IMG/VR virus record: IMGVR_UViG_3300044836_000007
Location: 1 to 43,470 of that record
Strand: one strand, 5' to 3'
Source of the DNA: a virus
Taxonomy: Duplodnaviria > Caudoviricetes
Length of the DNA: 43,470 bases
Shown: in pieces, positions 17,617 to 28,402 of the stretch
Layout of the letters: the number at the start of each line of letters is the position of its first letter
Numbering within the stretch: position 1 is the first letter of the stretch
Notes under the pieces: model-generated
What the model saw: the letters and a program-made list of their open reading frames with translations, nothing else
Databases searched by the model: none
What the model was told of the DNA's origin: nothing
Translations under genes and position numbers: made by a program

Positions 17617-18422
17617 TCGCCTCTAAACGTCAGATGAATTCCGAACACTGCATTCTGTGAAGCCCAAAGTGGTCGACGTACAACTCCGCGAGCTGGGTTC
17701 GGTGCTTCGATGATCTGGCCACCCCCAGCATAGATCGCGATATGCGATCCGTCCCTCCAGCACACGAGATCGCCCGGTCGAAGATTTGCGAAACTTGTCC
17801 GTACACCGGGGATATTTCGACCCTGCCAGCGCGCTCCATGTACCGGGATATTGAAGCCCAATCGCGAGTAAACGGCTTGGACAAGTCCAGAGCAGTCGAT
17901 CCCCTTGTGACTTTCGCCACCTAGTGCATACGGCGTGCCAAGATAGCTGCTTGCAAGCGCAAGCGCGCGGTTACGATTTGCCGACAGCCCCTTTTGGCTC
18001 ATCCAAGGCGCCATCATTCCGGCGTTATTGAGGCCACCTCTACTGCCGGTAAACGAATTGGACGTGGTTGAGGCAGCCTCGGCCGCTCGCTTAGCTCGGA
18101 GCTGGTTTCCGCTCGCTTGGGCATACATTCCGAGGCGATTGTTAGCAGTGCTGATAGAGCCCTGCAGATCGTTGGGGGCGGCACCACTGGGGATGTTGGA
18201 AGGCATCCCGTTAACCCCTTGTGGCGACGCAAGATTCTGGTCATTGGGAGTCGAGCCACCTGTGGTCGATGTCGTGCCCGAGTACAGGCCACCGAGCTGC
18301 TGGTTGACGTAACTACCGGCAGCCGCTTTGGGGTTCTGCACAGTGTTGGCCTTGGCTTGCCCATTGACTGAGGGCATGCCGAAACCTGCAGGAGGGACGA
18401 AGCTTGCGGTTGAGTAGACCAT
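17613..18422 (-). CDS. NlpC/P60 peptidoglycan hydrolase, likely virion-associated
   Basis: YLGTPYALGG..GIDCSGLV, PGDLV, HIAIYAGGGQIIEA. Confidence 0.92.
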   Translation of the reverse strand: MVYSTASFVPPAGFGMPSVNGQAKANTVQNPKAAAGSYVNQQLGGLYSGTTSTTGGSTPNDQNLASPQGVNGMPSNIPSGAAPNDLQGSISTANNRLGMYAQASGNQLRAKRAAEAASTTSNSFTGSRGGLNNAGMMAPWMSQKGLSANRNRALALASSYLGTPYALGGESHKGIDCSGLVQAVYSRLGFNIPVHGARWQGRNIPGVRTSFANLRPGDLVCWRDGSHIAIYAGGGQIIEAPNPARGVVRRPLWASQNAVFGIHLTFRGE

Positions 18423-21400
18423 CTAGAATGGGTTTTTCTGTGTCGAAGAATTAGCAGCGGCTGCTGCAGCGTTGCGCTTTTCGATCTCTGCGAAGTTGAT
18501 GTAATTCTGCCTCGACATATTCTGTAGCCCTCCACCAGTCAGCCAGTTCGAGGCTGAAATCCCTAGGTCTGTCGGACTCTTGTTACCTTTGAACACTTGG
18601 TACTGGGGGTCCAATCCTTTGCCCTGCAAGCTTGAGACTAGCGACCCTGATGGAGACACCCCGCTGAAGTTAGCTGCATAGTTCACACCCGGAATCTGAC
18701 TGTCGATGTAATCGCTGTAGTCGTTGATCGGGCTTTGCGTTGCAAGATTGGTGCCTGAGGCCAGCTCGATTGGGTCCTTGACGAGAGGGCTCAGCATGCC
18801 CAAGGCGTTGCTTATTGGGTTACCACCAACGAATTGGTTGAGCACATCCTGAGACGCTAAACCGGGCTGCACCCCAAAATAGTTTCCAGCAACCTTGGCC
18901 ACCGGGCCACCCCCGATTTGGTCGGTAAGAAAGCTCGGGAAGAGTTGGTCGTCGGGGAACGGATCGCTCAGCGAGTTCGGGTCGATGCCGTTGGCAACTG
19001 CAAGGTTATAGCTGGCTTTGTTGAAAGCGTTGACTCGTCCGGGATGCATTGCGAGAGATTCGACAATCACCGGGAGCATGCCCCTGAACCACGTGTAGAA
19101 CGGGAAAAGTCGAGCCATGTACTTCTTTTCAAACGAGGTCAGCATCGAGCGGTCTGGGTGGAAACGCTTCACGCGATAAGCCGCCTTTTCGAGCATTGCA
19201 TTCAACTCTTTAGGGCTCGCAGTGCCACTCTTCTTTTGCTCTCTTTGGATGATCTGGAGAAAGTGCTGGATTCGCGAATAGTGCTCGCGCGCCTCCGACA
19301 GCCCCATGACTACGCTCTCGGCTTTGGTGCCCTTGAGAGAGAGCTTGTTGGCAATGTTGGCAAATGCCCCCGTTGTCTCATCTCCTAAAGTCTCAATGGT
19401 CTGTGCGTTACGGAGCAGTCCATGCTCTTGAGCCCACGCATAGAGATCATCGGTTGTCATCTTTCCGAAACGACCATCGAGCAGGACATCGGTGCCTCTT
19501 GGCAGTCCTGTCACTCCAAGATGTTCAAGCCCGGCCTGCACATCGAGGTCGGAATAATTACCGTGCACGTGCATGACCTTGAGCGCATTTTTCACGCTGG
19601 TCTGAAGCCCTTCTACACCCTCGGCAAGGAAGGTAGATGACTGGTCACCCGTCAGGTTGCGCGTGTGGTGACCAACGTGCCAGATCGTGACCATCTTCTT
19701 CCATGCATTCTGAATCGGATCGAGGTACTTGTTGATGAAGTTCCCGAACTGCCCACCGATTTTCGTACTGGAGTGCATAATCTCATCGACCTGTCGAAGG
19801 TGCCCCAACATCTCCTTGTCGTACCAGAGCGAGCGGTCTAGTGAGTCGGCCACAGCCGAGCCTGCCACCGAATTGAGCTTGGCGAAGCCCGGCTTCCATG
19901 TCCGGCTGCTCCAACCCTCCTCAGCAGCCTTGCGACCCCATGCCATCCCTACAGCGTGGTCAGTCGCGAGCCGTACCATCGTGGCCTGCAGCTTTGCCAT
20001 GAAGTCGATCGGATCAGTGATCGTCCAGTCTTTCCATTGCTTGCTGGCCTCCTCAAGCACGCTGGTTTCATTAGCCTTTGCTGCACGTTTTGACGCATCA
20101 ATGTCAATTTCAGGGAGCCCCATGTCACGCAGGCGCTTGTTCAAGTGGTCGAGTCCGGTATTCATACGGAACGCACCAGTGTTGAGCAAGGGGTTCTCGC
20201 CATCGAGGTCAACCAGTCTACCGAGACTCGCTCTAATAGCCTGCGTAGCCTCTCCGACAATCCCGCCTCGATTGACACCATGTTGGGCATCCTGAAATGC
20301 CTGAGTAATGATGGGAGTACTCGTGCCATCGACCAGTCCAGAAAATCTCTGGGTGATCCCTTTCAGCTCTTTGCGATAATCACTGGAGAGTCGCCCGAGC
20401 GTGGCGAGCCCATAGTCCATCAAACTCCATGTTGCGACATCGTTACGGTACTGCCGACTGAAACCGCTCTTCAGCGGGTCAAGCAGCCCGCGTTGGATGC
20501 CTGCAGCAGCGTGGTACTCATTTGACGAACCCTGCCAGTCGATACTGTCGTTTGCTGGCGGCTCTTTGGTAGCCATGTCCTCAGCCTCGCGAACAGCCTC
20601 ATCAGCATCCTTGAGCGCTGTCGCGGCCATGTGTGGCTGCCCAGCCGACACAACCTCTTCGTCTGTCTTTCCAGCCTTGCCTGCAGTTGCCTTCGCCTTA
20701 GCCGCTTTTGTAATGCTCTTCGCTGCGTCTACGGCGCCCTCTGGAGCTGCATTCTCTACCACGATGGATGCCTTCTCCGCCGAGGGCACTAAAGCACCTC
20801 CATCGGCGGCATCTCGCGCTATACGCTGTGGAATCGAAGCAAGCCCGCCCAGAGCGTCAGCAAGACGTGTCGGATCGTCTACCCAATTCGTCAGCTCTTC
20901 GATCTGCTTGTCAACGAGGTCGAATGTCTCGGCTGCTGATCGAGCCTGAAATGCCTTGACGTTCTCTGCAGCTACTTCGCTGAACCGACCCACATTAGCC
21001 ATGATTGCCTCTGTGAGCGACTGGCGAAGCGGAGCCGACTGGTACATCTTCTTCCATTGGGTTTTGGCATCATTTAAAACGTAGCGATACGCAAGCACTT
21101 TCTCACCTGTATGAGGGTCAGTGATCCACTGGCTCTGTGGCTTCTTGACGCCAGTTCGAGCTGGAATGCCACCGAGATAAACTTCCTTGCCGTCGCTTAG
21201 TGGATTAGGGATGTCCCCCTCTTTGCCGCTTCGCTTAGTTGCCTTGGCGAGCTGCGCGTCGACATCCTCCCAACTCGCACCCTTCTTGACAGCCATGAAA
21301 ACTGCGTCAGCAAAATTCGTTGTCGGCAGGGAGCCCGGCCCGTTGAACATCGTGTCAGCAATGGCGCTGCCGTAGTTACCATCCGACAGCACTCTAAGGC

Positions 21401-23582
21401 TCTGCCCAAGGGAGAGTAGTAACTGCTCCCCATTAGCAGCCGGGCTGTCTAGAAACAGCGGCATCCCCCTACTGTCGAGGAGCTGTTCAGCTCGTTCAAC
21501 GAGAGGGATAACCTCTCCTGCAACTACACGCGCACGATCTCGACCGAATAGCCCCGGATGCGCACCCACACTCTTGGCCACGGTCTTGACTCGCTCGGTT
21601 ACGAGATCAGTAAGAGCATGCAGAATATCCCACTGCTTATGTGTGTTGATCGCATGCTCATCGTTGCCTAACCCCTTGCCAATACCCTCTTCTGTGTTGG
21701 CTACACCACGCTTGCTGTGGTAGACGTAATCCTCAGTGTCGAGAAAGTTCTTCTTGATGGCTGCTGGAATTGCTGCAGCTACATCACGATCACCTTGAGA
21801 CAACTCGGCGCCCAGTTTGGGGTCGCGTATCTTGTCGAAAATCGGATCAACCGGAGCATCCTTGCCGACAGCAGACTCAGCCTGTCGAAGCGCGGCATTG
21901 ACCTTGATCGGGTCGATTCCCAGCGTACGAAACAGCTTGCCCATTGCCGGATTGCCAGCGAAACTTGTCACGTCTGTAAGGTCATCGGTGCGCGCGAGAA
22001 CGTCACTCAGTGACTTGATTACTGCGTCGAACTTTTCAGGTCGCTGAATGCTCTTGAGCTGGGCCGTCAGGCCGACACCTAGTGCCTGCTCGACCTTGGC
22101 CTGATTCTGAGCATGCAGCTCATGGAAACGAGCAAGTTGTGAGGTCAGCGTCTCGCTCGGCAGCGGTGCCCCCGGATTGGGGAGCTTGGCAGGCTCAATG
22201 GGGCGTAGCAGTGCATCTACAGCCATTGGCTTTTTGGCATTCGAGGCGAGCTTGAAAGCATCACGGTATGCCGTGTAGCGCTTCAGCACTGCATCCTGTA
22301 CAGCGGCCTTGAGGGGGGTATCCGCCCTACGAGCGAGAATGCTGGGCACGTCAGTAAGCGGTATCGACTGTCGGATGTTGCTTACCTTGACGATCATGTT
22401 GCTGGAGTGCTTAGGCGACGCTGTAGCCAACGCGATGTGTTCTTTGAGCCACGGCACCGAATCAAGCGCTCCACCCGGCGCACCCGTCTCAGGGCTCGGC
22501 AGCGTGACCGGCCGCTGCTTTTTAGTCCTGCCAAGATCAGTGAGAATGGCTGCCATAGCCTTCGAGCGCGGATTCGCGCGCATCTGCTCTCCGACAGTTG
22601 CTGGAAGCCCGGTCTCGTCTACCGGCCGGTCGATCACAGGCACCTTGGCTACGGTTTTTGCGGCTGCCTTAGCTGCCTTGGTAGCCTCGAAAGTGTTGTC
22701 CACGAGCTTGTAGCTGGATTTCGGTGTCTTGCCCAGCCCGTTCTTTGGTGCGTTCTGTTTGAGAAATGCCTTCGCCTCTTCGAGGCTGTCGAAGTCGTGT
22801 GAAAACGCCTCAGTGCCGTTATGCCCCACCACGCTAAACGGCTTCAATACAGCAGCGTCGATTGCAGGCGCAAGTGGAGTTATGCCATTCAGCACAGCCT
22901 CACTGGGTGTTTTCGGCTTGACCTTGTTGATAGCAGCTTTAGCCACCCTTGTGCCGGTTTTGGTCAACAGCCGTTCTGCAACCTGACTGCCGATCTCAGC
23001 AGCACCCGTGCCTGCCTTGACACCCTTGTATATCTTCAGTCCGGCGCCGAGTATGTCGAGGCCCGGTACATAAGTCAGTGGATCGAGCGCAATGTCTCCA
23101 GCAAGCCCGGTTACGCCCTTGAGAACGGGATTGACGTTATCCTTCACGTCCTTATAGTTGGGATCATTCTTACCAAAAGCGTCGGTAAGCTGCTCTTCGT
23201 TCTGAGCAGTAGTGATGTGGTCACCGGAAGCATCTGAGAACACTCCACGAAGGAAATTGCCACTCTGAGTAATGGGGTTCTGTGTGGCCACCTGATAACC
23301 GAGTATGTGAAAAAAATCTACCCCATGCTTCTGTTGGTATCCCTGCTCTTTAGCTTGAGCTTTTCCCAGCGCATTGATGTTGTCTTCAACGCCGTACAGG
23401 GGACGAGAGATGATGTCGGTCAGCCAGCTCAAGAAGCTGTGATTATCCCCACCAGAAGAAGCGCCACCCCCACTGCCCATCTTCGACAGGTCCAGCTTCT
23501 TGGGCGTGGGCGCGGCCACAGCCGCCGAAACTTCCGGGTGGGCCTTGAGGAAATCGGTATAGGACTTCGGTACAGCTACCAC
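18423..23582 (-). CDS. Large internal virion (ejection) protein, 1719 aa
   Basis: Size, position after nozzle and small internal proteins; Ala-rich helical; FEKKYMARLFPFYTW near the C-terminus. Confidence 0.7.
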   Translation of the reverse strand: MVAVPKSYTDFLKAHPEVSAAVAAPTPKKLDLSKMGSGGGASSGGDNHSFLSWLTDIISRPLYGVEDNINALGKAQAKEQGYQQKHGVDFFHILGYQVATQNPITQSGNFLRGVFSDASGDHITTAQNEEQLTDAFGKNDPNYKDVKDNVNPVLKGVTGLAGDIALDPLTYVPGLDILGAGLKIYKGVKAGTGAAEIGSQVAERLLTKTGTRVAKAAINKVKPKTPSEAVLNGITPLAPAIDAAVLKPFSVVGHNGTEAFSHDFDSLEEAKAFLKQNAPKNGLGKTPKSSYKLVDNTFEATKAAKAAAKTVAKVPVIDRPVDETGLPATVGEQMRANPRSKAMAAILTDLGRTKKQRPVTLPSPETGAPGGALDSVPWLKEHIALATASPKHSSNMIVKVSNIRQSIPLTDVPSILARRADTPLKAAVQDAVLKRYTAYRDAFKLASNAKKPMAVDALLRPIEPAKLPNPGAPLPSETLTSQLARFHELHAQNQAKVEQALGVGLTAQLKSIQRPEKFDAVIKSLSDVLARTDDLTDVTSFAGNPAMGKLFRTLGIDPIKVNAALRQAESAVGKDAPVDPIFDKIRDPKLGAELSQGDRDVAAAIPAAIKKNFLDTEDYVYHSKRGVANTEEGIGKGLGNDEHAINTHKQWDILHALTDLVTERVKTVAKSVGAHPGLFGRDRARVVAGEVIPLVERAEQLLDSRGMPLFLDSPAANGEQLLLSLGQSLRVLSDGNYGSAIADTMFNGPGSLPTTNFADAVFMAVKKGASWEDVDAQLAKATKRSGKEGDIPNPLSDGKEVYLGGIPARTGVKKPQSQWITDPHTGEKVLAYRYVLNDAKTQWKKMYQSAPLRQSLTEAIMANVGRFSEVAAENVKAFQARSAAETFDLVDKQIEELTNWVDDPTRLADALGGLASIPQRIARDAADGGALVPSAEKASIVVENAAPEGAVDAAKSITKAAKAKATAGKAGKTDEEVVSAGQPHMAATALKDADEAVREAEDMATKEPPANDSIDWQGSSNEYHAAAGIQRGLLDPLKSGFSRQYRNDVATWSLMDYGLATLGRLSSDYRKELKGITQRFSGLVDGTSTPIITQAFQDAQHGVNRGGIVGEATQAIRASLGRLVDLDGENPLLNTGAFRMNTGLDHLNKRLRDMGLPEIDIDASKRAAKANETSVLEEASKQWKDWTITDPIDFMAKLQATMVRLATDHAVGMAWGRKAAEEGWSSRTWKPGFAKLNSVAGSAVADSLDRSLWYDKEMLGHLRQVDEIMHSSTKIGGQFGNFINKYLDPIQNAWKKMVTIWHVGHHTRNLTGDQSSTFLAEGVEGLQTSVKNALKVMHVHGNYSDLDVQAGLEHLGVTGLPRGTDVLLDGRFGKMTTDDLYAWAQEHGLLRNAQTIETLGDETTGAFANIANKLSLKGTKAESVVMGLSEAREHYSRIQHFLQIIQREQKKSGTASPKELNAMLEKAAYRVKRFHPDRSMLTSFEKKYMARLFPFYTWFRGMLPVIVESLAMHPGRVNAFNKASYNLAVANGIDPNSLSDPFPDDQLFPSFLTDQIGGGPVAKVAGNYFGVQPGLASQDVLNQFVGGNPISNALGMLSPLVKDPIELASGTNLATQSPINDYSDYIDSQIPGVNYAANFSGVSPSGSLVSSLQGKGLDPQYQVFKGNKSPTDLGISASNWLTGGGLQNMSRQNYINFAEIEKRNAAAAAANSSTQKNPF

Positions 23583-23591
23583 GAAATCCTC

Positions 23592-24683
23592 CTAAATCAA
23601 GCCAGCGGCCTTCATCGCCTTGAACTGGCGCAGTGCGTGATCTTCGTCACCATTGTATTGCTTGAGCAGCGCGAGGTAAGTCTGCGTTTGCTTCTGCTGT
23701 GAGCTTGCTGACTGGCTAGCTTTGGAGCTGGCTGAAGATGCCGCAATCTTAGCGAAAGCTTCGTCCTGAGCGGCCTTCTGTGCTGCCGTGAGCCCGCCGT
23801 TGGCCGCGAGTGCATCGGACTGCTGGAGCTGCTGGGCAATTGAAAATGCGCTCTGCTGGCGCGAAGCATCCTGCTGGCTTTGCTGCTGCTGCAGATTCGC
23901 TAGTGCATCGTTGAGCTGCTTCTGGATGACAGCCTGCTGGAGCGTCCCTTCGAGCCCGGCTGCTCCCTTGATTCCAGTGTTGTAGGTCAGCGCGTTGGAG
24001 CGATGCTGAACCAGATTGTTCTGGTTACCCTGCGAGTTCTCTGCGACAGCCGACAGGGTACGTGCCTGATCGTTGGCCGCATTACTACCTTGGCTGGCCA
24101 GTACTGCCGCTGCATCTTGAATCCCGAGCGCGGCAAGCTGCTTTGACACAGCATCACGGGTCCCGTTGTACGCCTGATTGATGGAATTCGTAGCCTCGGT
24201 GCCGTTCTGCTTCGTGTCTGAGCCAGCGGCAGTGAAGTCATTTTTGATCGTTCCGGCGTCAGCGGCATAGCTGCCCTGAAGCTGTTTGTACATGGCTGCA
24301 ATACGAGCTGTCGACTCTCCAGCGTTCCCACGCTCAGTCGCCATCAGCGCGTTGTAGTCGGTCCCGCCCGGAACATACTGCTGGGCCGCTGAAAGGTAAT
24401 CAGCAAATGTCTTTGCATGAGGAGCTGCTGGCTGTGCCGAGCGCTGGGCATCGTAAGAAATTGGACCAGACGACTGCACGTAAGGGTCAGCAGATTTTGC
24501 ACCCCAACCGGGCTGAACGCCGAATGACAGCGCCGGTGACTTGTTCGCCTTCGGAGCTGACGGTTGCGCAATTCCTGTAGACCCCCAAAAATTGAAAGGG
24601 CTTGAACTGGTTTTCTTAGCCTTCCCGCCTCCGCCAAAAAAAGAGGGGAGAGGGTTATAGCCAGATGACTTCTTCTTTGCCAT
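23592..24683 (-). CDS. Putative internal virion protein
   Basis: Ala/Gln-rich helical 363 aa; podovirus synteny. Confidence 0.65.
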   Translation of the reverse strand: MAKKKSSGYNPLPSFFGGGGKAKKTSSSPFNFWGSTGIAQPSAPKANKSPALSFGVQPGWGAKSADPYVQSSGPISYDAQRSAQPAAPHAKTFADYLSAAQQYVPGGTDYNALMATERGNAGESTARIAAMYKQLQGSYAADAGTIKNDFTAAGSDTKQNGTEATNSINQAYNGTRDAVSKQLAALGIQDAAAVLASQGSNAANDQARTLSAVAENSQGNQNNLVQHRSNALTYNTGIKGAAGLEGTLQQAVIQKQLNDALANLQQQQSQQDASRQQSAFSIAQQLQQSDALAANGGLTAAQKAAQDEAFAKIAASSASSKASQSASSQQKQTQTYLALLKQYNGDEDHALRQFKAMKAAGLI

Positions 24684-24692
24684 GTCCTACCC

Positions 24693-25433
24693 CTAAAGAG
24701 CGTACTGTTGTGCCCGCCGAGCGATGGCGTCAGCCTTAGCCTGCTGAATCGACAGCGTATTAGCGTTCTGCTGCTGCGCGAGCTGGCTAGCGAGGTTGTC
24801 CTCAAATCCCTGCCGACTCGTGTCCATCGATCCCTTCTGAGTGTTCAGAGAGCGAGTCAGGTTGTCGAGTGCCGTGCCATAGCCCGAACTCTGCAGCTCA
24901 CCACGCGAAGCAAAGTCATTGAGCTGGTTGTCGTAGCTTCTGCCAGCCGAGGTGTTCAGGTCTTGAAAATTCCAACCGCCCTGAGCGCTGGGGTCAGCGC
25001 CTCCACCTGCGTCAGGCGGAGGGGCCAAGTACCCGAGGCTTGCAAGCCCCTGATTGTACTGAGTGTCGTACTGGCTGTTCTGGTTGGTCTGGTCAGCCTG
25101 ATAATCAGCCAGTGCCTTCGTCAGCGCTGCAAGCTGAGCTTGGTACGCCGAATCTCCAGCGAGGTAGTCTTGCTCGCTCGGGGCAGCGGGGGTAGGCGCA
25201 ACGGCCGACATAGCTGCTGCACCACCACCACCCTCGCCACCGTAGCTTGGCGTGTAGGACGGCTGGCGCGCTGCAGGAGAATAGTGTGCAGCGGCCGGTC
25301 GAGTGCCCCCACCTGTAGGGGCGTGCCCCTTCTGAAGAGAGAGGTTGGTGTTGTAGGGGACCGTAACGCCTCGAATGATTCCGGGCCGCTTGGTGCCACC
25401 TCCAGTATTACCATCCATTCGATTGAAGGGCAT
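24693..25433 (-). CDS. Putative internal virion protein
   Basis: Gly/Gln/Ala-rich 246 aa; synteny. Confidence 0.65.
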   Translation of the reverse strand: MPFNRMDGNTGGGTKRPGIIRGVTVPYNTNLSLQKGHAPTGGGTRPAAAHYSPAARQPSYTPSYGGEGGGGAAAMSAVAPTPAAPSEQDYLAGDSAYQAQLAALTKALADYQADQTNQNSQYDTQYNQGLASLGYLAPPPDAGGGADPSAQGGWNFQDLNTSAGRSYDNQLNDFASRGELQSSGYGTALDNLTRSLNTQKGSMDTSRQGFEDNLASQLAQQQNANTLSIQQAKADAIARRAQQYAL

Positions 25434-25645
25434 TAGAATCCTCCTCGTCTAATCAGCGCATCACGCCGAGCCTTTGCGAGCACATCACGCTTCGCATAGC
25501 CTACTTTATCTGCCACAAGCCCAGAAGTGGGCATTGGACGCCCAGCACCATAGTGCGGTGCCCCGGCCGCATAGTTATTCACTGCAGCCCCGCCAATGGG
25601 CGCTTGGCCTGCAGTGAGAAACTGCGATCGAATGGGATTCAGCAC
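25433..25645 (-). CDS. Small hypothetical virion protein
   Basis: 70 aa; TAATG coupling to the next gene. Confidence 0.65.
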   Translation of the reverse strand: MLNPIRSQFLTAGQAPIGGAAVNNYAAGAPHYGAGRPMPTSGLVADKVGYAKRDVLAKARRDALIRRGGF

Positions 25646-25652
25646 GGTGCTC

Positions 25653-27755
25653 TCATGTTACCGACTGGCTAGCCGATTCTTTCAAACTCACGAGTGTTGT
25701 AAGCGAAAAAAGACGAACTGGAGCCGAGCTAATCGAGCCGTCCGTACTGAACACCAACGTGTAGTTGATTTGTCGAAAACGAAGCCCTTTGTTCAACTTG
25801 ATGAACTTCCTAGTCGAACCAGTGCCTGACGTATTGGTAGCCGTCGATACCGACAGGGTTGGGGTAGCTGGCTGGCCCCATGTGAACGCGAGAAGCTGGC
25901 CCCATGTTCGAGTCAAAAGCTGGCCCCACGTCACGGAGCCTGCAAACACGATCGGATTGGCTGTAGCAATGAGCTGGCCCCTGAACACTGCGTCGGCGCC
26001 CCACCAGAACAGCCGCTTGTATTTCGATGATTGGTCGTAGTTGAAATTCTTAGTCTGCATCACGCATTGGAAAATTTCTGAGGCTGTCGTAACGCCATCT
26101 GTAATCGTCAGCGTACTGGCTGATCTAATAATTATCGTGTGAGTCGAGGTAGAGGAAAATGCCCCACCAGTCCATGCGTAAGTATCTGTTCCTGTGCTGG
26201 CTGTTGAACCATCAAAATATGCCTCGCCTCCAGTGGTCGTAACCTCGTCAAAATAAAACTTATCCCCCGCCGCTGCACCAACAGTCGACAGGGCAATAAT
26301 TCGAACACGGGCAGCGGTAGCGGGCACAATATAGCTCTGCCCAACCCAGCGACCATATGTATTAGGAATTAGAGCTAGTTGGTTCGGATCAGCCAATGAT
26401 CCACCGACTGCAACCCCGGCCGCTGTGTAGAACTGCAAGCTTACGGAGAACGTTTTTGCGACGCTTGACTTGATCGACATGGCGGGCTTGATCGTGGCCC
26501 CGGCAACAACAGTGATCCCCGCTGTTGGTGTTCCGACAATTATCCCGGCCGTGCCAAAAATAACTGTATTGAGTGCAGCGTTATTACCTCGAACACCATT
26601 GAGAGGGCTCGTGCTGAGCGTGCCGCCACTAGCTGCCCAACCTGTCAGATTGGTCTGTGGAGATGGATTCAGTACACCGTTGGTCGTGGCTGTAGCTGCA
26701 AAGGGGACGTTAGCTGAGCTGTGGCATACAGCTACGGGGAACGTACTCGGACCCTCCAACGTGATGACCTTGCCAATCGGCCCGTTTGCATCGGAGCGCC
26801 AGCGAGTCCACGTCTGGGTGCGAATGTTGTAGACGTACATCGTGTCGTAGTAGCTGAAAATCACGCGCTGGTTGAACAACGAGACAGTGATGTCCCGATA
26901 CATGCCTGTCTGGGTCAACGATGCAAATGGCACCTTGTCATTGATTGTCTGTACTCGATTATTGATAAAAACATAGGCCCGATACTCGAACGTGAAGTAG
27001 ATCGAGCTTTCAGAAATCACAAGGGAGTCTGCGTTATCAAGCCCGACACCCGGCACCACTTGAGAAATGATGCCAGCCGTGATGTCAGAGCTAAATTGGA
27101 AACTGTAAATCGAGGTCGAGCGGAAGATGAGTAGGTTGTTGTAGTAGACCACCACCCTAACAATGTCTTGGCCGTCGCCAGCACCGATGTCGATAAAGTC
27201 AGGAGCCACGGCCCAGAATGTTGGCTGCCCAAGCACAGCAGAGTAGTAAAGCCGAGTCGAATTAGTAGGAGCTAGGAGTCCCGGCGCCACCCACAGACGA
27301 AACTTATGGGCAATGAGCACTGTGCCTTTTGGCATATTCGGCTGCGCGACAAAGCCCCCGGCAGGAGTCCAATACCCACCGGGATTTGCGACGCCATTCC
27401 CAGCGAGTAGCCACGCTTGTGAATTGAACTGGGCCATCGCAGTAGCTGCGATCGTATTGGTGATGAGGTGCCACGCACCATCAAAGTAGTACGTGCTCGA
27501 CAGACCATCGGAGCCGATTAGGTAAGGCACATTTCCGGCTGCAAAGTAGTAACCGAGCAGCTTGATGTTTCCCGTGGCCCCGAGAGGCATACCCACGCCA
27601 GTGTTGACGATCGGCGGGCGCGACTTTAGAGAGCCATCGAAGTCCAGCTCTACGTTGAGCGCTTCGACAAGCTCTTTATCGTCTACGGCTGTCGGGTCGT
27701 CATGGATATTGAGTCCGCCGAGAAACGGCCCTATACCGACGATTTTCCCAGTCAA
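25653..27755 (-). CDS. Tail nozzle (tubular protein B-like) with inserted carbohydrate-binding-like domain
   Basis: FLGGLN...NVELDFDGSLKSRP N-terminus, beta-propeller-like body, TKNFNY...KRL C-terminus. Confidence 0.75.
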   Translation of the reverse strand: MTGKIVGIGPFLGGLNIHDDPTAVDDKELVEALNVELDFDGSLKSRPPIVNTGVGMPLGATGNIKLLGYYFAAGNVPYLIGSDGLSSTYYFDGAWHLITNTIAATAMAQFNSQAWLLAGNGVANPGGYWTPAGGFVAQPNMPKGTVLIAHKFRLWVAPGLLAPTNSTRLYYSAVLGQPTFWAVAPDFIDIGAGDGQDIVRVVVYYNNLLIFRSTSIYSFQFSSDITAGIISQVVPGVGLDNADSLVISESSIYFTFEYRAYVFINNRVQTINDKVPFASLTQTGMYRDITVSLFNQRVIFSYYDTMYVYNIRTQTWTRWRSDANGPIGKVITLEGPSTFPVAVCHSSANVPFAATATTNGVLNPSPQTNLTGWAASGGTLSTSPLNGVRGNNAALNTVIFGTAGIIVGTPTAGITVVAGATIKPAMSIKSSVAKTFSVSLQFYTAAGVAVGGSLADPNQLALIPNTYGRWVGQSYIVPATAARVRIIALSTVGAAAGDKFYFDEVTTTGGEAYFDGSTASTGTDTYAWTGGAFSSTSTHTIIIRSASTLTITDGVTTASEIFQCVMQTKNFNYDQSSKYKRLFWWGADAVFRGQLIATANPIVFAGSVTWGQLLTRTWGQLLAFTWGQPATPTLSVSTATNTSGTGSTRKFIKLNKGLRFRQINYTLVFSTDGSISSAPVRLFSLTTLVSLKESASQSVT

Positions 27756-28399
27756 TCGATCACCGTAATTGTGGAGTACGACATATTTTGAGAGGTGCGA
27801 TCCTCTTCCCCAAAGTTGTCGAGGTCCGTAGTGAACTGCTTCTCTTTTGCCTGCGAGGCTTCCCAGTCCTCATCCATCTCATAAGCCATCTGCATGACGA
27901 ACTTGACGAGTGGGGAAAAGTAGCGATCGGGCACAAAAAGAAGCTGCGTCAGTGCAACGTTGCTCGGGTAAACCGGAGGAGCCACCGTGTAGTACACCGT
28001 GACCGGCTTAGCTGCTGAAGGGATTGGGTAGAAGAGAATTTGCCCGGCAAACTCATACCAGAAGGTTGGCATGCTGCCTTGGTCCTGAGTTACATCACTA
28101 GTCGAAACCTGCTGCTCAGCTTGTGCAAACGAGACATTGGGCACGAGCTGCCCGTCGTAGTGCAGGGACTCTATCTGGAAAATGCTCAACCCCGACACAT
28201 CTAGAGACTGCTGCCCGGCAACGCTGTTAGCCGTGCCTTTGGCTTTCAGGATTCGGTTTTGTTTCACGATCTCCTGCTGGCCATCATTGACCCAGCGAAT
28301 GACATCAGCTAGCACGAGCTGCGTGCCGGACTCGTCGCCAAACTGCCGTTGAACGGCCGTGAACACATCACCTACGGTCTTGGTCGGAGTTCCATACAT
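27752..28399 (-). CDS. Head-tail adaptor (tubular protein A-like)
   Basis: 215 aa directly before the nozzle; WVNDGQQEI, FYPIP. Confidence 0.7.
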   Translation of the reverse strand: MYGTPTKTVGDVFTAVQRQFGDESGTQLVLADVIRWVNDGQQEIVKQNRILKAKGTANSVAGQQSLDVSGLSIFQIESLHYDGQLVPNVSFAQAEQQVSTSDVTQDQGSMPTFWYEFAGQILFYPIPSAAKPVTVYYTVAPPVYPSNVALTQLLFVPDRYFSPLVKFVMQMAYEMDEDWEASQAKEKQFTTDLDNFGEEDRTSQNMSYSTITVID

Positions 28400-28402
28400 G
28401 AG

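Noticed and set aside
18423-23582. Virion RNA polymerase or tape measure protein
   Set aside because: No NADFDGD or T7-type polymerase motifs (DLDGE is isolated); no tail tube or chaperone genes; fits an internal ejection protein
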